NCBI GenBank assembly: GCA_036676985.1
Contig: JAKFBU010000047.1
Location: 1-64,000, forward strand
DNA length: 64,000 nt
Direction of reading: 5' to 3'
Origin: Candidatus Sericytochromatia bacterium
GTDB lineage: Bacteria > Cyanobacteriota > Sericytochromatia > S15B-MN24 > UBA4093
The position numbers and the translations under genes were made by a program. This document shows positions 39,087 to 48,436 of the stretch, piece by piece. A model generated the notes under the pieces. It was given only the letters and a program-made list of their open reading frames with translations. It was not told where the DNA came from and searched no databases. How positions within the stretch are numbered: position 1 is the first letter of the stretch; each line of letters starts with the position of its first letter.

Positions 39087-39686
39087 ATGGCAGAGGCGAA
39101 GAAACCCGACCTGTCGGTTCAGTGGCAGGAGGACTTGAAGGGCAAGAAGGTGGCCGTGCTCGTGGCGGACGGCTTCGAGCAGTCCGAGTTCGACGGCCCG
39201 GTGCAGACGCTCAGGGACGCGGGGGCCGTCGTCGAGGTGCTGGCCGAGGACGAGCGGCATCTCCAGGGTATCAAGGGCGTCCACCACTTCGAGCCCGCGG
39301 CCGGCACCAAGGGAGACCGGCTCCTCACCGACGTGCGGCCCGAGGACTACGACCTGCTCTTCGTGCCGGGCGGCCTCGCGAGCCCCGACCACATGCGCAT
39401 GTCCGAGCCGCACGTCGCGTTCGTGCGCTCCTTCATGCAGGCCCGGAAGCCGACGGCCTTCATTTGCCACGGTCCCTGGCTGCTGGCGGAATCCGGCATG
39501 GCCGCGGGACGGACCGTCACCTCCTGGCCCGCGATCCGCGGGGATCTCGAGCGGGCCGGGGCCAAGTGGCGCGACGAAGCGGTGGTCGTGGACGATTTCC
39601 TCGTCACCAGCCGCAAGCCCGACGACGTGCCCGCCTTCTCGCGAGCCCTCGTCGAGCAGTTGGCGAAGACGCCGGCGACTAGGTGA
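39087..39686 (+). CDS. PfpI/DJ-1 family protein (type 1 glutamine amidotransferase-like)
   Basis: DGFEQSE, PGG, ICHGPW and TSRKPDD motifs. Confidence 0.92.
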   Translation: MAEAKKPDLSVQWQEDLKGKKVAVLVADGFEQSEFDGPVQTLRDAGAVVEVLAEDERHLQGIKGVHHFEPAAGTKGDRLLTDVRPEDYDLLFVPGGLASPDHMRMSEPHVAFVRSFMQARKPTAFICHGPWLLAESGMAAGRTVTSWPAIRGDLERAGAKWRDEAVVVDDFLVTSRKPDDVPAFSRALVEQLAKTPATR

Positions 39687-40131
39687 ACGAGAGGCGCAGG
39701 TACAAGGAGCGCATGTCGGAGTCCAGGTCGTAGACCATCTGGCTGAAGCGCTCGCACAGGAAGCGGTAGAACTGGACGGCGAACTGCGGGTTGCCGTCCA
39801 GATACGCCTGCATGGCGTCCTTCTCGAGGACGATGGCCTCCACGTCGCCGTAGGCCCGGGCAGTGGCCGAGCGGCGCCCGTCGCCGAACAGGCAGCGCTC
39901 GCCGAGCAGGGCTCCGTCCTCCAGGATGGCCAGGCGCAGGTTGTTGTCGGCCGTGGTCTGCTTCAGGATCTCCACCGGCCCGTGCACTAGGACGTACATG
40001 TGAGTGCCGAGCTCGCGATCGCGGAAGATCTCCTCGTTGCGCGCGAAGGATCGGCGCGTGCCGAGGGCGAGAAAGTCCTTCCAGGCCTGGGGATCGATGG
40101 TATCGGGGCAACCGACGAGTTCGACGGACAC
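39679..40131 (-). CDS. Cyclic nucleotide-binding domain protein
   Basis: LGE..LFGDGRRSATARA motif; no HTH. Confidence 0.85.
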   Translation of the reverse strand: MSVELVGCPDTIDPQAWKDFLALGTRRSFARNEEIFRDRELGTHMYVLVHGPVEILKQTTADNNLRLAILEDGALLGERCLFGDGRRSATARAYGDVEAIVLEKDAMQAYLDGNPQFAVQFYRFLCERFSQMVYDLDSDMRSLYLRLSFT

Positions 40132-40332
40132 GAGGCGGCTCCTTGTGCGAACGGGGGGCACTCATGACCAACTTACCCCCGGTCGTCGAGGACGTATCGG
40201 AGCGCCGCTCGGCTGTGGTCGGCGCCGCGGTTCGGGGCTAGGATGGGCTCCGTGAGGAGGTGCGCCATGCCACGCCGCGATCCCGAGTTTCATGGAGAGG
40301 AGCCGAGCGGTCTCCAGGAGCGGCGTGGGGAC

Positions 40333-40932
40333 GTGGCCACCGACCAGCGGCGGGCGGCGCTGCGGGACCTCGCGCTCACCTGCGGCGCCGAGCTGCTCGG
40401 CGCGGGGGCCACCCGGATCGTCCCCGGCGAGGGCAACCCATATGCGCACGTCGTCCTGGTGGGAGAGGCCCCGGGCGAGCAGGAGGACCGTCAGGGACGC
40501 CCCTTCGTCGGGCGCTCGGGACAGCTCCTGGATCGCCTGCTTGCCGAGGCAGGTCTGGACCGCTCGGACGTGTGGATCACCAACACGGTCAAGGCGCGGC
40601 CCGTCCTGTTCGAGGGCAACAAGAAGCGCAACCGCGCCCCCAAGGTCTCCGAGGTGAAGGCCTGGAGCTCCTGCCTGCACGAGGAGCTCCGCATGATCCG
40701 GCCGCGGGCGCTGGTGGGGCTCGGGGCGGTGGCCGGCCAGGCGCTCGTCGGCAAGGACTTCAAGATCACGCGCCAGCGCGGCGAGTGGTTCAAGGACCTG
40801 GTCCTCGGCACCGACGTGCTCGTCACCTGGCACCCGTCCTACCTCTTGCGCCAGCAGGGCGACGACTATGACCGCCTGATCGCGCAGACCCGCGACGACC
40901 TGAGGGCAGCCGCGGATCGCTTGCGTCGCTAG
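40333..40932 (+). CDS. Uracil-DNA glycosylase, family 4/UdgX-like
   Basis: GEAPGEQED, PFVGRSG and HPSYLLR motifs; start uncertain. Confidence 0.88.
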   Translation: MATDQRRAALRDLALTCGAELLGAGATRIVPGEGNPYAHVVLVGEAPGEQEDRQGRPFVGRSGQLLDRLLAEAGLDRSDVWITNTVKARPVLFEGNKKRNRAPKVSEVKAWSSCLHEELRMIRPRALVGLGAVAGQALVGKDFKITRQRGEWFKDLVLGTDVLVTWHPSYLLRQQGDDYDRLIAQTRDDLRAAADRLRR

Positions 40933-40933
40933 G

Positions 40934-42373
40934 TTACTCCCGGAGCCGGCCGGCCTCGTAGGCGCCGACATCCATGGCCTGTGGCACCGAGGCGTTGGGG
41001 TCGCCGATCCCCTGGTAGACGTCGAAGACCCGACCGTTGAGCACCAGGGCGTCGCTGCCGTAGCGCCAGGGGTCGCCGACGCCGCGGCTGGTGTGGTTCA
41101 CCACCCGGTGGGCGTCGTAGCCATGGGCCCGCAGGATGCCGATGACCAGGGTCATCGCCTCGTAGTGCTGGGCGCGATCGTCGACCTGGAAGGGCGCCGG
41201 GAAGTTCTGCTTGACCCATGTGGCCGTGCTCTTGATGGCGGCCGAGACGCTGCTCTTGTCCACGGGAACCGAGGCGTACTCGGGCTTCACGGGCACCGTC
41301 TGCAAGGACGGCAGTGCGGTGCCGGGCAGCTGGGGCGCGGGGCCGGGAGCCGGTGCGCCCGGGACGGGCACGTTGGGAACCGGCGTGCCCACGCCCTCCG
41401 AGCCCCACCACCAGGCCGGGTTGGACGCGCCGGACCGAGCGATGACGTCCACCCACTCGGCACCGATCTCGGTCACGACGTGGATCTTGTCGCCCTGAAC
41501 GCCGAGGATCTGCAAACCGGCCGCTTCGAGCTGGGGACGGATGCCCTGCAGGAGGGCCTCGGCCGAGGCCTTGTCATGGACGCCGGCGAGCGAGACGTGC
41601 TGGACCGTCCGGGCGAACAAATACTTGGGCGTGCGGTGGTTGGGGTTGCTAAGCTTGTTGAAGTCGAAGCCCTCGAGCGGCGCGGTGGGACCGGCCGAAA
41701 CGGGCATCTGAGCGGGGGGCCCGTAGGCCACCGGCGCGGGCATCTGCATCGGGGCGGCGGTCATGGCGGCCTGACGCTGGCGGTACTCGTCGCTCTCCAT
41801 GAAGATCCGCACCAGGTCCTGACGGTTCACGCCGCTGCGCAGGCCGTTGAGGTGCGCATGGAAGCCTCCCGCGTCGGGCTCGCGGCCGAGCAGCCGGCGA
41901 TAGAGGTCGGCGACGAAGGCCTCGTCCGGCATCTGGTTGCGATCGGGCATCGGGAAGTTGACCGGGGGCGCCGTCATCGGGGCCTGAGCCTGAGGCTGGC
42001 CCTTGGGACGCTTGAAGAGGCCGACGATGCCCGCGATGAGGGCGCCGAGGCCCGCCATGCCCTGCGCCGAGGGCTGCGCTTGGGGGGCGTTGGGCTGCTG
42101 CTGGGGGTAGTAGCTGTAGCCCGGGTACTGGGGCACGCCGTAAGCCTGCGGCTGCGTATAGCCGTAGGCCTGCTGCTGGGGATAGGCATAGGGCTGCTGC
42201 GCATAGGGCGCCGGGATCGCGCGCTGGTAGTAGTCCTGGGTGTAGACCGGTGCCTGGGGGTAGGAAGGCGCCTGAGGATAAGCGGGGGCCTGGGGGTAGG
42301 CCGGTGCCTGAGGATAGCCCGCCTGGTAAGCGGGGGTGATGGGGGACTGGATGGGGTAGACGGGGTAGCTCAT
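40934..42373 (-). CDS. Pro/Gln/Tyr-rich protein with DUF4214-like domain
   Basis: FVADLYRRLLGREPDAGG...FMESDEY; low-complexity N-terminus. Confidence 0.75.
   Translation of the reverse strand: MSYPVYPIQSPITPAYQAGYPQAPAYPQAPAYPQAPSYPQAPVYTQDYYQRAIPAPYAQQPYAYPQQQAYGYTQPQAYGVPQYPGYSYYPQQQPNAPQAQPSAQGMAGLGALIAGIVGLFKRPKGQPQAQAPMTAPPVNFPMPDRNQMPDEAFVADLYRRLLGREPDAGGFHAHLNGLRSGVNRQDLVRIFMESDEYRQRQAAMTAAPMQMPAPVAYGPPAQMPVSAGPTAPLEGFDFNKLSNPNHRTPKYLFARTVQHVSLAGVHDKASAEALLQGIRPQLEAAGLQILGVQGDKIHVVTEIGAEWVDVIARSGASNPAWWWGSEGVGTPVPNVPVPGAPAPGPAPQLPGTALPSLQTVPVKPEYASVPVDKSSVSAAIKSTATWVKQNFPAPFQVDDRAQHYEAMTLVIGILRAHGYDAHRVVNHTSRGVGDPWRYGSDALVLNGRVFDVYQGIGDPNASVPQAMDVGAYEAGRLRE
42245..42317 (-). repeat. 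Coding YPQAP(A/S/V) hexapeptide repeat, 4 copies
   Basis: YPQAPAYPQAPAYPQAPSYPQAPV. Confidence 0.75.
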
Positions 42374-42502
42374 CGCGGGCTCCTTTCAGAAATCATATGA
42401 AAAAATTGACATATGTTTGCTTTGATAGAGGGATTGTCGAAGCCTTGACGCCCGCGCTGACGTTAAGCTTGACCCAAGGTTCCTTGAAGGCGGCATAACC
42501 AA

Positions 42503-42531
42503 CCCCCCGGGACGTGCGTCCCGGGGGCTTT
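42503..42531. terminator. Hairpin after cobB
   Basis: cccccgggac-gtgc-gtcccggggg. Confidence 0.65.
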
Positions 42532-42547
42532 CAAAGGGGGCTCAGGC

Positions 42548-43276
42548 TCAGAGCGATGTGGAGAGGGCCGTGAGCGTCTCCTTGATCGAGGTGTAGAGGC
42601 AGAGATCCGCCACGTCGCTGAGGGGCGTCCGTTCCCGGTTGAGGATGACGAGCCGGGAGCCCGAGGCCTTGGCGATCTGCGGCAAGATATTTGCAGGCGA
42701 GACCAGGAGCGAGGATCCCAGCACGATGAACAGGGTGGAGCGTCGCGCGGCGTCCTGAGCCTGGTCCAGGTCCCAGGTTGGCAACGCCTCGCCGAAAAGG
42801 ACGACCGTGGGCCGCATCTTGCCGCCGCAGCGGGTGCAAGTAGGGCCGTCGGGCTCCAGGAATCGCTCGGCGTCCTCCTCGTGACGGCACGTCCCGCAGC
42901 GGATGCGTCGCAGGTTGCCGTGCAGCTGGTAGACCTCGGGGCTCCCGGCCAGCTGGTGGAAGCCGTCCACGTTCTGGGTGATGAGCGCATGGACCAGCCC
43001 CTGTTGCTGCCACCGAGCGATCAGCTGGTGACCCTCGTGGGGCTCGTAGGGCTTCAGCCCCTCGATGCGCCAGCGGTAGAAGTCGACGAACTCGTCGTAG
43101 GCATGCTCGAGGGCCCAGGTGGACGCGAGCTCCTCGAAGCGACGATTCTGCCGCCAGAGGCCGCCCTGCGAGCGGAAGTCCGGAAGGCCTGATTCCGTCG
43201 ACATGCCCGCCCCGGTGAACACCGTCGTGAAGCGGGAGTTCTTGATCCATGAGGCCAGGCGCTCGAGGTCGGTCAT
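42548..43276 (-). CDS. cobB: NAD-dependent protein deacylase (sirtuin)
   Basis: TGAGMSTESGLPDFRS, TQNVDGFH, LHG and two CxxC motifs. Confidence 0.93.
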   Translation of the reverse strand: MTDLERLASWIKNSRFTTVFTGAGMSTESGLPDFRSQGGLWRQNRRFEELASTWALEHAYDEFVDFYRWRIEGLKPYEPHEGHQLIARWQQQGLVHALITQNVDGFHQLAGSPEVYQLHGNLRRIRCGTCRHEEDAERFLEPDGPTCTRCGGKMRPTVVLFGEALPTWDLDQAQDAARRSTLFIVLGSSLLVSPANILPQIAKASGSRLVILNRERTPLSDVADLCLYTSIKETLTALSTSL

Positions 43277-43547
43277 GTCGCATCTCCTCATCATTGACCC
43301 CGCGGCATCCCCGTCGGGTTGCCCCCATTATGCGAGCATGCGCCGTCGATGGCGAAGCGCGGCGCTGCGATCACCAGCCAGCGCCCCACAGCCGAGCGGC
43401 ATCCGTTGCAAAACCCCGCTCCTCCTCCTATCCTGCCCATGGCAGTCCCAGGTCTGGCCTGGTCACCCCATGGACTTGTTCCTTCCTCGTACAACTCCTG
43501 CCCACTGGGCCTTCGGGACAGACGTCCGTAGGAGGAGGGCAACCGGC

Positions 43548-44546
43548 ATGGCACGTCCGCTCAAGGATCAGGTCGTCGTGATCACGGGGGCCTCGACGGG
43601 CATCGGGCGCGAGGTGGCCCGCGAGTTCGCCGCAAAGGGGGCGCGCGTGGTCCTGGCCGCCCGCAACGCACGAGCCCTCGAGTCGCTGGCCGAGGAGATC
43701 CGGGCGAAGGGCGGACGAGCGCTTCCGATCCCGACGGACGTGACGGACTTTGCTGCCGTCGAGCGCCTGGCCGCCGCTGCCGTCGAGCATTTCGGACGCC
43801 TGGACACGTGGGTGAACAATGCCGCCGTGTCGTATTACGCCACTTTCGAGCAGGCCACGCTCGACGAGATGCGGCGCCAGGTCGAGGTCAACTTCTGGGG
43901 CAACGTGCACGGCTTCAAGGCGGCACTGCCACTCATGAAAGCGACCGGTGGGGTCTGGATTTCGGTCGCCTCGGCCCTCTCCGACTTCGCCATCCCCTTG
44001 CAGGGGACCTACTGCGCCGTAAAGCACGCCCTGCGGGCGTTGACCGAGTCCGTCCGCATCGAGTTCAAGCATGCCGGAGTGCCCATCGACGTCGTGCTCA
44101 TCAAGCCGCCTTCCGTCGATACGCCCTTCTTCGAGCACGCGCTCACCCGGACCGGGTATCTGCCCAAGCCCGTGGCACCCGTCTACGACCCGGCCGTGAT
44201 CGCCAAGCGCATCCTCATGGCCGCCGAGCGCCCGCAGCGGGAGGTCATGATCGGCGGAGCGGCGCAGTTTTTCTCCCTCGTCCACCGATACGCCCCGCGC
44301 CTCTTCGAATGGCACCAGGCCCGATTCGGTTTCCAGGGCCAGATGACCGAGCGCCCCAAGTCCGCTGACGGGCTGAGCAACTTCTACGCCCCGCTCGACG
44401 AGCCGGGCGCGGTTCGCCAGCAGGGCAACGCCTGGAAGGCGAGCTGGGTGATGTGGCTCGAAGAGCATCCGAAAACGGCAACCCTCGCGGGCTCGGCCTT
44501 GCTCGCCGCGACGGCCGTCGGTTGGCAGCGCGCCAGGCGCCGTTAA
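43548..44546 (+). CDS. SDR family oxidoreductase
   Basis: ITGASTGIG, VNNA and YCAVK motifs. Confidence 0.93.
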   Translation: MARPLKDQVVVITGASTGIGREVAREFAAKGARVVLAARNARALESLAEEIRAKGGRALPIPTDVTDFAAVERLAAAAVEHFGRLDTWVNNAAVSYYATFEQATLDEMRRQVEVNFWGNVHGFKAALPLMKATGGVWISVASALSDFAIPLQGTYCAVKHALRALTESVRIEFKHAGVPIDVVLIKPPSVDTPFFEHALTRTGYLPKPVAPVYDPAVIAKRILMAAERPQREVMIGGAAQFFSLVHRYAPRLFEWHQARFGFQGQMTERPKSADGLSNFYAPLDEPGAVRQQGNAWKASWVMWLEEHPKTATLAGSALLAATAVGWQRARRR

Positions 44547-44702
44547 GCCAGGCCGAACGACCAGAGCGATCGCAATCGGATCACGATCTTCCGCGAAGCC
44601 TCATGGCCTTTACGGCTACACGGCCGCCGCTCTCCACTCCCGGCTGAGGTACAAGCCGGCCGTCGCCAGGCGGCCGATGCCGCCGCCCGCCGGTCCCGGA
44701 TG

Positions 44703-45284
44703 CTAGACCTGCGCGGCCTCTTCGCTCGACTGGGCGCTCACCTTGGCGGCCATGTAGTACTGCGGCTGGAAGAGGTGCACGAACTGCATGAGCAGCCCGG
44801 GGTCTACCCGCCCGTGTTCGGCCGCCTTGACGATCTTCTGCTGCAGGGCCTCGGGAAAGGTGCGGATGACGATGGCCGTCATCTGGGCGCAAGTCACCTC
44901 GTGGGCGCCGTTGCGGATGCTGAGCTCGTACCACTGGAAGCGGCCCTGCCGCTTGGTCTGCCGGGCCGTGATCTCGAGGAGCTCGTCGATGCCGACCGCG
45001 CGCTCGTAGTCGGCCGCGAGCCGCGTGACCATCAGGAGCTCACCGGTCAAGAGGTAGCCCAGGAGCAGCACGGCGTCTTCCATGAGGCGGCTGAAGCCGG
45101 ACAGGGGCATCAGGCCCAGGCCGCTGAGGTCCTGGCGATCGCTCGGAACCTTGAAGGTGAGGGACTTGGCCTCGGGGTCGAGACCGTCGGCCTCGAGGGG
45201 ATCGCCCTGCAAGAGGTACTGGAACAGGGAGCTGTTGCGGGCCACTTGCAGGCGTTCGCGCTGGGCTGGGGAAAGGTGCGGCAT
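44703..45284 (-). CDS. Hotdog-fold/thioesterase-like protein
   Basis: LMEDAV...LAADYERAV..ELLEITAR pattern. Confidence 0.55.
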   Translation of the reverse strand: MPHLSPAQRERLQVARNSSLFQYLLQGDPLEADGLDPEAKSLTFKVPSDRQDLSGLGLMPLSGFSRLMEDAVLLLGYLLTGELLMVTRLAADYERAVGIDELLEITARQTKRQGRFQWYELSIRNGAHEVTCAQMTAIVIRTFPEALQQKIVKAAEHGRVDPGLLMQFVHLFQPQYYMAAKVSAQSSEEAAQV

Positions 45285-45600
45285 TCGTCCTCCCTGGCGC
45301 CGCTGTCCGGGCGCTAACCAGAGGATCATTATACCGCCGGAGCCACGTGCAGGCGAGCGGGCCGCCCGTCGGACGTCTCTGCTGATCCGGCCGCGAGCGT
45401 CGGCTCCGGCTGCCGCGCGGAGGGCGTCGGAGGGCTTTAAATGGATATTTAATGGAGATTTAAAGCGGACTAAAACCATGTGACGCCCGTCACGTCGATA
45501 TGTTAGTATGACCTCAACCAAAAAATTCATCTGGCTGCAACAAATCTGTGGACGGATGGAAACCATGTAACGTCGCCGTTACGATCGAATGGAGGTACTA

Positions 45601-45717
45601 ATGTTCAAAGACGAGCTATTAGTGGCCGAGGCGTCCCCGCTGTTCACCATGGCCCATGAGTCCATGGAGGCGAGCACTTGGGACGACGTGCCCATCTTCG
45701 ACGATCCCCTCTACTAG
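45601..45717 (+). CDS. 38-aa acidic small protein MFKDELLVAEASPLFTMAHESMEASTWDDVPIFDDPLY (absent from ORF track)
   Basis: GGAGG SD 5 nt upstream, AT-rich upstream region, terminator-like hairpin downstream. Confidence 0.55.
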   Translation: MFKDELLVAEASPLFTMAHESMEASTWDDVPIFDDPLY

Positions 45718-45762
45718 TCGTTTCGTTCCCTCGCAGCCGCCGGCTCGGGAGCGGATCTTGAC

Positions 45763-45787
45763 AGGCCTGGAGCATTCCAGGCCTTTT
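45763..45787 (+). terminator. Terminator after the small ORF
   Basis: aggcctgga-gcat-tccaggcct followed by ttt. Confidence 0.65.
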
Positions 45788-45929
45788 CGCATGCCACCGA
45801 GGATGTCTGAAACGTATCAAAGCGTTGGCTCGGTGGGTCAGGCGTCCCTGCCTGACGCCCTTGTAGGGCCACTCGGGGACAGGCGCGGAGGCCTGTCCCA
45901 CTGGTTCCATGGACTTTCCGCACACCCTC

Positions 45930-48014
45930 TCAGGGCGTCAGCGGCAGTTCGAAGCGGAAGGTGCTCCCCGCGCCCAGCCGGCTGCGCACCTCGAGGGTGC
46001 CTCCATGCGCCGCGACGATGTTCTTGCAAATGGCGAGGCCCAGGCCCGCTCCCTGCACCTTGCGGGTGGAGCCCATATCGAGCTGCTTGAAGGGTTGAAA
46101 GACGCGGGGGAGATCGGCTTCGGCGATGCCCGGGCCGTCGTCCCGGACCTCCGTGACCAGACGATCGCCCTCGATCCAGGCGCCGAGGCGAATGTGGCCC
46201 CCTTCCGACACGAACTTGATGGCGTTGTCCAGGAGGTTCATGAGCACCTGCGAGATGCGCGCCGGGTCCAGGGTGACGAGCCGATCGATCGTAACGTCCT
46301 GCTTCACCGTCAGGCCCTTGTCCCGGGCGAGGGGCTCGAGGGTGGAGACGATCTCCTCGATGATGGGCGGGTAGTCGGTCTCGTAGGGATCGACCTGGAA
46401 CTTGCCCGCCCGCATGCGGCCAACGTCCAGGAGGTTGTTGATGAGCCCGAGCATCCGGTCCGCCCCGCCCAGGATGCGCTTGAGATAGTCCTGCTGCGCC
46501 TGATCGAGCGTTCCGGCGAGCTCATGATCCAGGAGGCTGCCAAAGCCCGTGATGCAGTTGAGCGGAGTTCGCAACTCATGGCTGATCACGGCCAGGAACT
46601 CGTCCTTGTAGCGGTCCGTCTCCTGCAGCTCGTGAGTGGTGGCCTCGAGCTCGCGGGCATGCCGTGCCAGCTCGATCTCCGCGCGCCGGATGGCCGAGAT
46701 GTCGCGGTAGCTCCAGAGGCGGCCCACCGCCACCTCCCCGAGACGCTGGGGGCGCGAGATGCGCTCGAAGATCCGTCCGTCCTTGAGTTCGAGCAAGTCG
46801 CAGCTTTCGGCCTCCGGCTCGGCGTAGAGCTCGCGCACGCGCGCCATGAAGGCGTCGGGATCGACCAGCTGGTCGGTCATGCATGGCACCGTCGAGCGTG
46901 GGGCGCGCATGTGGGCCTCGGAGAGGCCCCACATGTCCAGGAACCGCTGGTTGTACGTGCGGATCGAGCCGTCGGTCCCGATGACGAGCACGCCGTCGGC
47001 GCTCGCCTCGAGGGTCGCCCGCAACAGCGAGAGCGACAAGTCCACCTCGGCGTGCAAGAGCTTGTTGCTCAGGCCCTCGCGCAGTCGCTCCGAGATGTCC
47101 TGGAACAGCCGCTGCTCGAGGGGCGACCAGCGACGCGGCACCTCGCATTGGTGGATGCCGAGGACCCAGGGCTTGCCGATCCGGGGGTGGATGGCCGTGA
47201 GCATCTGGGCCTGGAGCGACAGGGCCTGGCGAAGGGGCTCCAGATCCGCAGGAAAGGGGGTGTCCGGTCCGTAGACGACCGGCCCCTCGGAACTGATCAC
47301 CGCCTCCATGATGTGGCGGGTGCCGCCTTCGAGGGGGAGCTCGACGTCGGATCCGCCCATGCCCGGATAGGCGGGACGGGTGCGCTCGAAGGGGACGGTA
47401 AACGTCTTGCTTGTGGGGTCGCAGGGGTGGATGAGCCAGGCGCGGTCGGCCCCGAACACGTCGAGCAGGAGATCTAGGATGTCGTTGATGCTGGCGTCCA
47501 GGTCGCAGGGCTGCTCGAGGATCTTGACGACCTGGGTCAGGTGCGCGGCGGCCTCGAGCTCCGCTCGGAGGCGCGCCTCCGTCTCCTTGAAGCGGGTGAT
47601 GTCCCGGACGATCGCTATCACCAGGTCGGTGGAGACGTCGTTCCCCGGCAAGGGGACGAGCCGCACGAGGTAGAAGTCGGTGCCGTATGGACCGGTGCAC
47701 TCGAAATCGGGACGCACCTCGGTCGGATGGTCGAAGGCGGCCTGCAGGTGCTGCTCCCACACGGCGGCGAAAAGGCCGTCGACCGGTAACTCTCCGAGTC
47801 GCTGGCCCACGATCTGCTCGGAGGCCATGCCGAACACGGTCGCCCCTGCCGGGTTGACGTAGGCGTGCCGCAGGGTCCGGTCGAACCAGCAGACCCAGTC
47901 CGACGAGTAGGCGGCCATCGCCATGACCTGGGCGTCTGGCTGCGGCATGACCTGGTCACGGGAGGGGGTGGGGTTTGGAGTCATTGCGGCTTCTGGCGTC
48001 GGGGGGACCGTCAT
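45930..48014 (-). CDS. PAS-GAF-PAS sensor histidine kinase
   Basis: SHELRTPLN, NLLDNAIKF and GAGLGL motifs. Confidence 0.93.
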   Translation of the reverse strand: MTVPPTPEAAMTPNPTPSRDQVMPQPDAQVMAMAAYSSDWVCWFDRTLRHAYVNPAGATVFGMASEQIVGQRLGELPVDGLFAAVWEQHLQAAFDHPTEVRPDFECTGPYGTDFYLVRLVPLPGNDVSTDLVIAIVRDITRFKETEARLRAELEAAAHLTQVVKILEQPCDLDASINDILDLLLDVFGADRAWLIHPCDPTSKTFTVPFERTRPAYPGMGGSDVELPLEGGTRHIMEAVISSEGPVVYGPDTPFPADLEPLRQALSLQAQMLTAIHPRIGKPWVLGIHQCEVPRRWSPLEQRLFQDISERLREGLSNKLLHAEVDLSLSLLRATLEASADGVLVIGTDGSIRTYNQRFLDMWGLSEAHMRAPRSTVPCMTDQLVDPDAFMARVRELYAEPEAESCDLLELKDGRIFERISRPQRLGEVAVGRLWSYRDISAIRRAEIELARHARELEATTHELQETDRYKDEFLAVISHELRTPLNCITGFGSLLDHELAGTLDQAQQDYLKRILGGADRMLGLINNLLDVGRMRAGKFQVDPYETDYPPIIEEIVSTLEPLARDKGLTVKQDVTIDRLVTLDPARISQVLMNLLDNAIKFVSEGGHIRLGAWIEGDRLVTEVRDDGPGIAEADLPRVFQPFKQLDMGSTRKVQGAGLGLAICKNIVAAHGGTLEVRSRLGAGSTFRFELPLTP

Positions 48015-48190
48015 CCCCTCAGAATGCCATGGGGACGATGACTTCGCCACCCCGCGGGAACCACGGCGCCCAGCCGCCCGTCCCGGTCCCCATGGCGGTC
48101 GGTGCGGCCGCGGTCTTGTCGTGGACGCTCGCGTGGGGGCGGGATATAATGGATCCTGCGGTCTTGCGCTCGTTGAGAGGATTTGCCCCT

Positions 48191-48409
48191 ATGATCACCC
48201 CCACCACCGTCGCCGTCGTCGCCATCGGCGCGCTCGTCATCTTTGGCCCCAAGAAGCTGCCCGAGCTGGCGCGTGCCCTGGGCAAGAGCCTGTCCGAGTT
48301 CAAGGCGGGCGCCGACGAGGCCCGCGAGACCTTCTCGCGCGAGCTCAACCAGACGAACGCCCCCAGCGCCCCGGCCGCCGAGCCCAAGAACGATCAGCCG
48401 AGCGCCTAG
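48191..48409 (+). CDS. tatA: Twin-arginine translocase TatA/TatE subunit
   Basis: TM followed by FGPKKLPELARALGKSLSEFK. Confidence 0.93.
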   Translation: MITPTTVAVVAIGALVIFGPKKLPELARALGKSLSEFKAGADEARETFSRELNQTNAPSAPAAEPKNDQPSA

Positions 48410-48436
48410 CGCGTCGAGACCTAGAGTAGAGGAACC

